DNA from: Macrostomum lignano
Lineage: Eukaryota
Reading direction: 5' to 3'
Length of the DNA: 64,000 bases
Assembly: GCA_002269645.1 (NCBI GenBank)
Contig: NIVC01001249.1
Span: 162,654 to 226,653 of the forward strand
In this document: positions 50,001-61,605 of the stretch, piece by piece
How the letters are laid out: each line of letters starts with the position of its first letter
How positions within the stretch are numbered: position 1 is the stretch's first letter
Notes under the pieces: generated by a model
What the model was told of the DNA's origin: nothing
The model's input: only the letters and a program-made list of their open reading frames with translations
Database searches by the model: none
Position numbers and translations under genes: made by a program

Positions 50001-51940
50001 AGTGTCCTTCAAAAAAGTTTAGAAATCAAATACCATGAAGTTTTGACACCCATTTTTGTCCAAGGACATTTGCTGCTCGCTTTTTAGTTGTGCAGGCCAA
50101 AATTTTATGAGTGGTAAAGTACTGCCACAGCAAGGATTGATCCTTAGTGCTGGAAAAAAGAAGCAAAAACCATAAAAATATGGGTTTTCTACATTTACAT
50201 ATATGTAGTTAGCATGTTATTTAAACTAGTAAACAATGGCACAAATTTTTTTGTGAGGCGCGAAAAAAATGGCCCTTTGCCAATCACACCACTGCTTGTG
50301 TTGGGGGGGGGGGGAATTGCTGACATGTCAAGGCTTACAAGGGACTGCTGAGGTATATTGCAAAGAGATGCTACATGTAGTTTTTTAAAAAAGCTACTGC
50401 ATTTTTTGGCTCTCCAATGGGGGGTGCTGATTGCTAGTAAACTTCCAATAGTTATTGTCATCAACTTTAGTCCTTAGTTAGCTTTATTTAATACAATGAA
50501 ATTTCCTCTAATGACTATAAAAAACCATTCTGCTTTTTAGATATATTTAACAAAAAAGGCACGTGACTATGACTTTGGTATTTTTATAGTTATATTTAGT
50601 TATAAAGATGTCAAATTTTTTTAAAGGTAAAAGGCAAGTACTATATACCATTGTCCATTGATGCCCCCCTCTCACTTTAAAAGAGTAGGGGAGGGCCATA
50701 GCCTATGGCCCCCTGCCCTTTTGTTCTAATGCCTATGATCATTACTCATTTGTTATAATCAATTAATTGCTAATCCAAAAGATCTTGGATCCTGGATTTG
50801 ACATAATATAGTCTCTTTAGTCTCTATTTTATATAAAATATAAAAGTAATAAATAGCTTATACTTAAATAGAAAAATTTAGCACTCTAGGCCTATTTAGA
50901 GAAAATATATTAAAAGTTACTAGAAAAAAGGTAAAGGATAGGCTAGGTACCATTGATGGCCTTTCCTTTTTTGAAAATCAAAGGGCCATAGCCAATGCCC
51001 CTACCCTTCTTGTTCCCCTTTTCTAGTACTTATGTATTATGTTAATTACTTAGGAATAGGACTAGCCTTGATATTACAAGCATATTTAGTGTTAACTATA
51101 ATAATAAGCCTAACCATGTCATTATTTTTATTGTAATTATAATTATAATTAGATTAATAATCTAAGAGCCTAATAAAAAGACAATTTATATAATTTTTTA
51201 TTCTTTGATTCATAAAACTAGCAATAGGCAAAGGTAGAAAAGACAAAGACTATATTTTATAGACTATATTTATAAAGATAAATAAGATAAATAAAAAGAA
51301 TCCAAACAATAAAAAATCAATATAGATTTAAATACTTTTTTATTGCAATGCATTTTGGTCTGCATTGACCATTTTCAAGCAGTTTATTGGCTAAAGCAAA
51401 ATTGAAAAAATGAAAAGGATGCAATAGTATATAATATTGAAAAATTGGGCAAGTAAAGCAGAAATTTAAATAGGGTTTTTTTTAAATGAGCTTAGTAAAG
51501 AAGATTTTTCTAGAGAATTGTCACAAATATAACAAATATATATATGTACAGATATGTATATTACAAATAAAAAAAGTTATATTTGTGGTTAAAAGGGCAT
51601 TGCAACATTTTTTGAGCAGAAAAGAAACATGTATATTCCTTAGCCACATTGCAGTCACATTAATTTGGGGCTAAATTGAAATTTTGGCTTGTCTCTGCTT
51701 GTGCAAGGCACAGTAAAGTTATAGTAAATGTGTGTTCGCCTGCTCACCGGTTGGTGGAATGGGCAGTTAAGCCTCTCGTCGGTTGTGACAATGTCGCTTA
51801 AAGTACACTATGGTGCACACAGCCTTCGTGACGGCTTCAATCATTAAATTTCTAATTTCTTCTTTCATGACAGCACAAGTCCAAGTGCTCGATTTGAGTT
51901 CGAGTCTTGATAAAAAGCAGAAAAAAGCCTTTGAAAATTC

Positions 51941-54900
51941 ATGTCTCTCGCTGTTTTATTGCTGCTTGTGCTTGGAACTCAGGCCTACCCAAGCCTAGCA
52001 TTCACCAGCTCTGAGCAGGGCGTCAAAGAGGCCGATTTGACTAGCCAGAATCAGTACATGACATTCGCCAAGAGTCTGTACAAGAATGCCGAAATTCTTG
52101 TGCACATTGTTTGTGAGGGCGATGCTCCTGCAGCTGTGCCAACTGGCGCCAATGCTACTCGCTTCCGGATTGGCTGGCGGCTCCGCCAATCGCCTTGCGC
52201 CGAGGAGTACACCGGCGTTGATAAAGATGCTAGGCGAGCGCCTTTGTACTATGAACAGCCGGAGCTGGTGCAGGTAGGGTCACCGGGATGTTGATCGCAA
52301 ATAGATCGCAAATGTGATACTGATCACAATCCATGTTATACTGATCCCAATCTGTGGATACTGATCCCAATCTATGGGATACAGATCCCAATCTATGGGA
52401 TACTGATCCCAATATTATGGGATACTGATCTCAATCCATGAGATACTGATCTCAATCTATAGGATACAGATCCCAATTTATAAGATAGTGATCCCAATCC
52501 ATGAGGTACTGATCCCAATCCATGAGGTACAGATTCCAATCTATGGGATACTGATCCCAATCCATGAGGTACAGATTCCAATCCATGAGATACTGATCCC
52601 AATCCATGAGGTACAGATTCCAATCTATGGGATACTGATCCCAATCCATGAGGTACAGATTCCAATCCATGAGGTACAGATTCCAATCTATGGGATACTG
52701 ATCCCAATCCATGAGGTACAGATTCCAATCCATGAGATACTGATCCCAATCTATGGATACTGATCCCAATCCATGAGGTACAGATTCCAATCCATGAGAT
52801 ACTGATCCCAATTTGTGGGATACTGATCTCATCTATGGGATACAGATCCCAATCTATAGGATACAGATCCCAATCCATGGGATACCGATCCCAATCTATG
52901 GGATACTAATCACAATCCATGTGATAATGATCCCAATCTATGGGATACTGATCCCAATCTATGGGATACTGATCCCAATCCATGAGATACTGATCCAAAT
53001 CCATGAGATACTGATCCAAATCCATGAGGTACAGATCCCATTCTATGAGATACAGATCCCAATCTAAGAGATACTGATCCCAAACTTATGGATATTAATC
53101 CTAATTCAGGAAAATGCATACTCAAATCCAAGTTATTATGATCCGAATTCTTAAATTCCAATTAATAAATTACTGCTACTTCTCCACCACCTTGAATCCA
53201 GGTAAAAGAGTTCAACTACAAGCAGGTGAAAACCAAGAAATTTCCGGACTGGAACCAGGGCGATGCGGACCAGTGCCTGGTGTGCCACCCGGGCCAGACC
53301 ACCACCCTGCTATTGAAAAATGTCGACCAACGTGGCCCATCCATAATTGCCACCAAGTTTAATCGGGACGGCTCTTCGCTAAGCAACTTTACCGACAATG
53401 TCTCCTCTGCTGCTTCTTCGCCTCACTCTTCTGCTTCTGCTGCTTCTGGAAGTTCCGCCAACAAAAAGCCGACAAGCAATGACAGGCGTAAACGCAAAGC
53501 TGCAGCCCCATCGGCTGGAAAAAAAGTTGCTTCAACGAAAGGTGAATGCGTAAATTTGATTTTGGATATCAACTTCTTTTCTCATCTCCATGGTCACTCG
53601 TGACTGTCATCTCCATGGTCACTCGTGACTCTCATCTCCATGGTCACTCGTGACTCTCATCTCCATGGTCACTCATGACTCTCATCTCCATGGTTACTCA
53701 TGACTATTTAATCTGTTATCAAAGATCCTAACTTTCTCATCAAAGATCCCAAATTTCTCATTAAAGATCCCAACTTTCTCATTAAAGATCCCAACTTTCT
53801 CATCAAAGATCCCAACTTTCTCATCGAACATCCCAACTTTCTCATCGAACATCCCAACTTTCTCATCGAACATCCCAACTTTCTCATCGAACATCCCAAC
53901 TTTATCATCAAAGATCCCAACTTTCTCATCGAACATCCCAACTTTCTCATCAAAGATCGCAACTTTCTCATCAAAAATCGCAACTTTCTCATTAAAGATC
54001 GCAACTTTCTCATCAAAGATCGCAACTTTCTCATCAAAAATCGCAACTTTCTCATTAAAGATCGCAACTTTCTCATCAAAGATCGCAACTTTCTCATCGA
54101 AGATCGCAACTTTCTCATCAAAGATCCTAACTTTCTCATCAAAGATCCCAACTTTCTCATCAAAGATCCTAACTTTCTCATCAAACTTGAAAGTTATAAG
54201 CTTAGAAATGCTCGCCAACCTTCCGCAGCCCCGGCCACCACGCCCGCCCCTCCAGCCGGCAAAGCGGGCCTAATAACTCGCACCTGGGAAGACGGCATCT
54301 ACCTATTAGTACTGCACGCCTACGAGTGCGACACCGCTAGTCTGCCAAACAATTTTCAAGTTCGAGCTCGCGTTGAAATTGTCAACAGGTTTGGCTATTT
54401 GTCCGCTATTGACTGGCCCCTGCTGCCGTTCTTCGGCTCAATGTGCCTGCTGTATCTGCTGTTCGGCCTGCTCTGGCTTGGCCTGTGCGCCAAGTATTGG
54501 CGAGAAATGCTGCGCATCCAGTTTTGTATATCCGGCGTTATCTTTCTGGGCATGCTGGAGAAGGCCCTGTTCTATGCCGAATATCAGAGTATTAATAGCA
54601 CTGGGGTGAGTTTAGTTTTGTATCAGTTCTCCTTACTCTGACCCGTAATTTATAATATCCATCGTTGGCACCACTCTGACCCATTGCTGACCAAAGCTGA
54701 CCCATCGTTAGCACCACTCTGACCCATTGCTGACCCAAGCTGACCCATCGTTGGCACCACTCTGACCCATTGCTGACCAAAGCTGACCCATCGTTGGCAC
54801 CACTCTGACCCATTGCTAACCAAAGCTGACCCATCATAAGCACCACTCTGACCCATTGCTGACCAAAGCTGACCCATCATAAGCACCACTCTAACCCATT

Positions 54901-57861
54901 GCTGACCCAAGCTGACCCATCATAAGCACCACTCTGACCCATTGCTGACCAAAGCTGACCCATCATAAGCACCACTCTGACCCATTGCTGACCCAAGCTG
55001 ACCCATCATAAGCACCACTCTGACCCATTGCTGACCAAAGCTGACCCATCGTTAGCACCACTCTGACCCATTGCTGACCAAAGCTGACCCATCATAAGCA
55101 CCACTCTGACCCATTGCTGACCCAAGCTGACCCATCATAAGCACCACTCTGACCCATTGCTGACCCAAGCTGACCCATCATAAGCACCACTCTGACCCAT
55201 TGCTGACCCAAGCTGACCCATCATAAGCACCACTCTGACCCATTGCTGACCAAAGCTGACCCATCGTTAGCACCACTCTGACCCATTGCTGACCCAAGCT
55301 GACCCATCATAAGCACCACTCTGACCCATTGCTGATCCAAACTGATCCATTATCGCCAACACTCTGACCCATCAGTGACCCAAGCTGATCCATTATCGCC
55401 AACACTCTGACCCATCAGTGGCCCAAGCTGATCCATTATCGCCAGCACTCTGACCCATCAGTGGCCCAAGCTGATCCATTATCGCCAACACTCTGACCCA
55501 TCAGTGACCCAAGCTGATCCATTGTCGCCAGCACTCTGACCCATCAGTGACCCAAGCTGATCCATTATCGCCAGCACTCTGACCCATCAGTGACCCAAGC
55601 TGATCCATTATCGCCAACACTCTGACCCATCAGTGGCCCAAGCTGATCCATTATCGCCAGCACTCTGACCCATCAGTGGCCCAAGCTGATCCATTATCGC
55701 CAACACTCTGACCCATCAGTGACCCAAGCTGATCCATTGTCGCCAACACTATGACCCATCAGTGACCCAAGCTGATCCATTATCGCCAGCACTCTGACCC
55801 ATTATTCATCATGGGTGACCTGTATGCGGCAGTCAATCACGCATAGATCAATCGCTCAAATCTCGCTCAGGTCAGCGTACGCGGAGCCGTCATGCTAGCT
55901 GAGCTGGTGTCCTGCGTGAAGCGTTCGGTCGCTCGCATGCTGGTCCTGATAGTCTGCCTGGGCTATGGCATTGTGAAACCCCGGCTAGGCCAGCTGCAGC
56001 ACAAGGTGATTGCAATCGGACTCGTTTACTTCATCTTCTCAGCCGTTGAGAGCTCCATCAGAGCCATGCGACCGCGGTTTGATCAGTCGCGTAACGCCTT
56101 CTACGCCACCATCCCCCTGGCCGTGACCGACGCCATCATCTGCTGGTGGATCTTCAGCTCGCTGGTGCAGACAATTCGCAACCTGCGAGTTCGGCGCAAC
56201 CTGGTGAAGTTGTCTCTGTACAGGCATTTCACCAATACCTTGGTGTTCTGCGTTGTCTGCTCCGTTGTGTTCATGACCTGGACTGTTAGCAGGCATAAAT
56301 TCGCGCTCTGCATTGCCGCCTGGCGAGAGCTTTGGATTGATGACGCATTCTGGCATCTGCTGTTCTCCGTCATACTGTTTGTTATTATCATTCTGTGGCG
56401 GCCTTCGCAGAATAACCAGCGATACGCGTTCACTCCGCTGCTGGATGCTGGAAATGATAGCGATGAGGATGAGGAGGTGAGGGCGCTGATGACGGATCTA
56501 AAATAACCACGTTATGAAATATCCCATCAATCTGTAGTTATGAAAAATCCCATAAATCTGTAGTTATGAAATATCCCATCAATCTGTAGTTATGAAATAT
56601 CCCATAAATCTGTAGTTATGAAATATCCCATCAATCTGTAGTTATGAAAAATCCCATCAATCTGTAGTTATGAAATATCCCATCAATCTGTAGTTATGAA
56701 ATATCCCATAAATCTGTAGTTATGAAATATCCCATCAATCTGTAGTTATGAAATATCCCATAAATCCGTAGTTATGAAATATCCCATCAATCTGTAGTTA
56801 TGAAACATCCCATAAAATCTGTAGTTATGAAAAATCCCATCAATCTGTAGTTATGAAATATCCCATAAATCTGTAGTTATGAAATATCCCATCAATCTGT
56901 AGTTATGAAAAATCCCATCAATCTGTAGTTATGAAATATCCCATCAATCTGTAGTTATGAAACATCCCATAAAATCTGTAGTTATGAAATATCCCATCAA
57001 TCTGTAGTTATGAAATATCCCATAAATCTGTAGTTATGAAATATCCCATCAATCTGTAGTTATGAAACATCCCATAAAATCTGTAGTTATGAAATATCCC
57101 ATCAATCTGTAGTTATGAAATATCCCATAAATCTGTAGTTATGAAAAATCCCATAAATCTGTAGTTATGAAATATCCCATTAATCTGTAGTTATGAAATA
57201 TCCCATCAATCTGTAGTTATGAAAAATCCCATCAATCTGTAGTTATGAAATATCCCATCAATCTGTAGTTATGAAATATCCCATCAATCTGTAGTTATGA
57301 AATATCCCATAAATCTGTAGTTATGAAATATCCCATCAATCTGTAGTTATGAAACATCCCATAAAATCTGTAGTTATGAAATATCCCATCAATCTGTAGT
57401 TATGAAATATCCCATAAATCTGTAGTTATGAAATATCCCATCAATCTGTAGTTATGAAATATCCCATTAATCTGTAGTTATGAAATATCCCATAAAATCT
57501 AGTTATGAAATATCCCATAAAATCTGTAGTTATGAAATATCCCATACATCAATAGTTATTAAATCTATTAAATTAGAAATTTCTATTTCTAAAACATCCC
57601 AGCAATCTAATTTCAACCTCCCAATACCAGGTGGTGATGGACAACCTGGCCGAAGGTGTCAAAGCTCGAGGCTCGGGCGCCTCTGCCCAGCAACAGCAGC
57701 AGCAGCAGCGATCTCGCCAGTCTAGCAAAGGCGAGGACAGCCTACGCTGGGTGGAAGAGAACATACCACAGTCTCTGGTTGAGAGCACTCTGCCCTCGCT
57801 GCTTCAAGACAGCGACGAGGAAGTACTGACTACTAAATACGAGATGTCGAAGCTGCTGTAA
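51941..57861 (+). CDS. TMEM87A: TMEM87A/B-like (lung seven-transmembrane receptor family) protein; exons 51941-52273, 53202-53541, 54229-54605, 55871-56476, 57631-57861; 628 aa
   Basis: Signal peptide MSLAVLLLLVLGTQAYP; GYLSAIDWPLLPFFG; LRIQFCI..GMLEKALFYAEY; SLGYGIVKPRLG-like CLGYGIVKPRLG; RRNLVKLSLYRHFTNTL; WIDDAFWHLLFS..LWRPSQNNQRYAFTPLLD; C-terminal LRWVEENIP..DSDEE. GT-AG introns with phases 0,1,0,0 are frame-consistent. Confidence 0.92.
52310..53095. repeat. ~21-bp minisatellite GATACTGATCCCAATC(T/C)ATG(G/A) (TMEM87 intron 1)
   Basis: Directly visible. Confidence 0.93.
53583..54182. repeat. 25-bp array CATCTCCATGGTCACTCGTGACTCT (to ~53705), then a 21-bp array AAAGATC(C/G)CAACTTTCTCATC (TMEM87 intron 2)
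   Basis: Directly visible. Confidence 0.93.
54660..55800. repeat. 43-bp minisatellite CACCACTCTGACCCATTGCTGACCAAAGCTGACCCATCATAAG, switching to a variant unit near 55330 (TMEM87 intron 3)
   Basis: Period 43. Confidence 0.95.
56510..57545. repeat. 26-bp minisatellite AATCTGTAGTTATGAAATATCCCAT(C/A) (TMEM87 intron 4)
   Basis: Period 26. Confidence 0.96.
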
Positions 57862-58009
57862 TTGAAATACTAATTGCGTAACTAGATGTGTGATTTTCTG
57901 GGTTTCTTGTGGTGTCACTTAGAAGTTGTTTTATTTATTTATAGAACCTGTCTGAAAATTTGAAGTTACGAGGCTATATACATTCTTACGAAATATCCAG
58001 ATCTGAGGT

Positions 58010-58535
58010 TAAAATCCAGGTGCCAGGTATAATATTCAGGTGCCCAGGTATAATATCAGGTGCCAGGTATAGTATTAAGGTGCCTGGTATAATATCCAGG
58101 TGCTCAGGTATAATATCCAGGTGCCAGGTATAATATCCAGGTGCCAGGTATAATATCCAGGTGCCCAGGTATAAAATCCAGGTGCCAGGTATAATATCCA
58201 GGTGCCCAGCTATAGAATCCTGGTGCCCAGGTATAAAATCCAGGTGCCCAGGTATAAACTCCAGGTGCCAGGTATAATATCCAGGTGCCCAGCTATAGAA
58301 TCCTGGTGCCCAGGTATAAAATCCAGGTGCCCAGGTATAAACTCCAGGTGCCAGGTATAATATCCAGGTGCCCAGGTATAAAATCCAGGTGCCAGGTATA
58401 ATATCCAGGTGCCCAGCTATAGAATCCTGGTGCCCAGGTATAAAATCCAGGTGCCCAGGTATAAACTCCAGGTGCCCAGGTATAAAATCCTGGTGCCCAG
58501 GTATAAAATCCAGGTGCCCAGGTATAAAATCCAAG
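58010..58535. repeat. 20-21-bp minisatellite GTGCCCAGGTATAAAATCCAG downstream of the TMEM87 stop
   Basis: Directly visible. Confidence 0.93.
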
Positions 58536-59223
58536 TGGCATTTAATTATTGCATCTGAGTATCGAACTAATGATCTATTTCTTGGCTGGAAAAGTTCGCG
58601 AGCAACAAGTATCTTAATAATATATTTATTAACAATTTTAATTTCACTTTGCTAAGCAACTGATATGGATAAAATGTCTATTCATAAGTTATTATTTACT
58701 CAGCCGAAAAAAACTTTTTTCTGCCCAAGTAGTTTCTTTTGTAGTACCTTTTCGTCTTCAATTTTTTGCACTATTAGTTATCCTGGAGGCTAGAATGTAT
58801 GCATGGTTTACTTTTCATTTTCATTTATTCACCTGTGTTAAATCAATTTTCTGATATAATAAGTGCTAATTTTTATCATTCAAAATACTTCTCGTACTAT
58901 ACCCAATCGATGCGACTACTATGAGTAGGAATAAGCGGACTTTTTAATGTTACACTCGTATTGTATTGAAAAAAAATATGTATACACATTTCAATGATGC
59001 CTTGGTGAGTAGTATATTTTGCGTTTTTTATATAAGTTTCATTCCATGACCAATGCGGTTTGATGTTGTTAATTTAAGTATGCTTTCTGTGTTATTCTTG
59101 TATATTAAATATAGTAACTAGTAACTTTCTGTCTGTCTACAGGCATCCTCAGGCAGTCGAATGTGAGTAATAATATGAACTATTTCTGCTGGAACAAACT
59201 GAGATATTATATTGTAGCATTGT

Positions 59224-59463
59224 GCCGTATGCAGAAGCTCTGCCTAGGGTAGTCCGGTCTTGAAAAGCTAGTCTGGACTTGGATTTGGTTGTTTAGTTCG
59301 GCGATGCAGTTTCAATTTCGGCCTGGTTTTCATTTTGTTATTTCTAAAAGATTGATTAAGAGTTATTTTTAGCTACAGAACTAGGGTAGCTAGACCATAG
59401 ACTATAGACTGAACTACCCAAGTCCGGACTAGCTAGTCTGGACTAGGCTTTCTGCATACGGCC
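59224..59463. mobile_element. ~240-bp MITE-like element
   Basis: Perfect 13-bp inverted termini GCCGTATGCAGAA (59224-36) / TTCTGCATACGGC (59450-62); CATTGT flanks both sides (59218-23, 59464-69); internal CTAGTCTGGACT sub-repeats. Confidence 0.6.
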
Positions 59464-61605
59464 CATTGTCCCAGCCAGTTGTTGGCCTGGCTAGGGGCAA
59501 GCAATTCAATCCTTTTCATTGTCTATGGCCCAACCTCTGAACTTGGCTGCTCCACAGACCTTTTCTTATGGCCATAAACAATTATCCCAAAGGCTTGGAA
59601 AACTCTGTAGTAATGATCCACACATTAATTTTGCCTATCTTACTACCTGCGTGTCAGCGGGTAAAATGATGATATTTAAGTGTTTTTTAAAACCCTGATA
59701 AGTTCCTCTTTTTAAGCTTGCCTAGTTCCGCGATGCAGTTTTAATTTCGGCCTGGTTTTCATTTTGTTATTTTTTAAAGAAACCTCTAACAGACCCATTG
59801 CAAACGGAGCAAATTTTTGTCATTGCAACTCTTAGCTACTAACTCAAGTAGTCTAGAAAGAGTTGTTATAAATGCGAAATGCGATTATAATTTATAAATT
59901 GACGCAGATGCGGTCTGGACAGAATTCAATTATTGCACGCATCAGATACGAATCTACGGCCCCTGAGTCGCAGACAATGAACCGCCTCAAATTGACTTTT
60001 TGGCGACTTCTACCACGACATCTCGTTTTTGAGTCGTCTAGATTCACTTCTTTCCTATTATTTTTACCTATGCTACCTACAGCGACTCTGTGGTTGACTC
60101 TGGGATGCTTCTTGGCCTCGGTACCGTTTTCATTGGGAGAAACGAGACTGTTGCATTCGATCCGCAGTCTATAGCCTTGCTTATTGAATTTTGAACTGTA
60201 TTTTTCCTTCTGTTTTTCTCGGTAATATACCAATATTTTTGCTTTTCTTTGTTGTCAGTTGTTGTTATTTTATTACTACTTGTTTGCTTCTCTGTCTGTA
60301 ACTAGCTTAAATGTACAAGACCCGGAGTTTTTTCTTTTTAGTAACTTGCTGGATTCATTTATTCGGGCTTTTTAAACTCGTGTTTAGTGAATATTTCTGT
60401 CTTGTTTCACTGTAGTTGTGCGGTTCGGTAAAAACACATTCTATTTATTTATGGACAAATATGTGTAGCTTGCTACTCAGCGTCTTAAACTTGACGATAT
60501 AATAAATATAACCGACTCACCGTATCTCAATAGAAAAAGGCAAACCTGTGACTCTCTTCAATACTGTCACTAAACAGAATTATTATTTATATGTTATTGT
60601 TTTGTAAAAAATATTATTATCTTTGTTATTAAAATGGGGCTATTTATGGGCTTAAGGCTCGTTCACACTGTCGTCAAATGAGCCACCAAATCGCAGTCCA
60701 ATGTACTAGTTGTAGGACCCGGAGGTGGGGCAGGCCTAAGGCGGATCCCGGTAGGCTGGAACATTTTGAGGTTTTTATAAGTGTCCATGACTCTGGGATG
60801 TGTCCACAGTTAAAGGGCTCGCGTGTGTGCGTGACACGCGATGTTGGATAGGGTTGGATCTAGTGTTTTGAGTGGTTAAGAAGACAGGATGAGTTTCTGG
60901 CGAACGGTCCGGTTTCCTTGCAATTTTCGAGTAGAGTAGACTAGAGCTTGAGAGTAGAAAATATTGTACATTTAAGCTTAAGTGAAAACCGGCTGGCGGA
61001 GAAAAGGAGGGAAGGAAAAGAGGGGACAGGGGGACGGCACCGGCCCGCTAGCCAATCACAAGCCGCCGCCGTGGGGAGGGCTATAAGGCAGAGAGAGAGC
61101 GTAGGCCAGGCCAGGGTTGAGGCGTGAACCCCAAACCCGGCCTGACCTAGCCGGGCCAATCAGAGCGCGGGATAGACTGCATATAGCACAAAAAAACCAA
61201 AGTAGATGTCAACTTAAGCCCGAAGTTTAGCTCCGGACAAAACCGACTTGCAAGTGAAAACTTTCCAAACTTCCGAGCCATGCAGCTGCGAGCCAGAAAC
61301 GCCAGTTGCAGCAAACGCAAATAGTGAGATGAAATTGGCTGTGACACTTTCGAAGCAACAGTTTTGTCCGGGCTTCACTCATTCCGGCTCTTAAGAGCGC
61401 CAGTTGACCTCCCTTTTTCGTCTGTTTGTTACATCAGGAAAGAAAACTCCTCCAGAGTCTGCATTGGAGTTTTTATCGCGTTATCGAAAAATAACAAATT
61501 TATTCTTTCTATGCAATTTAAAGTTAGTAAATTTTTGTCCTTGACTCCTTGGGTAGCGTTGTGATTTTTTATCATTTAATGTCAGAAACAAGTTCATCTG
61601 TCATC

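Noticed and set aside
59892-60233. 113-aa minus-strand ORF with a DSGA motif (retroviral protease-like)
   Set aside because: No ATG start, no supporting flanking motifs, no neighbouring gag/pol sequence.
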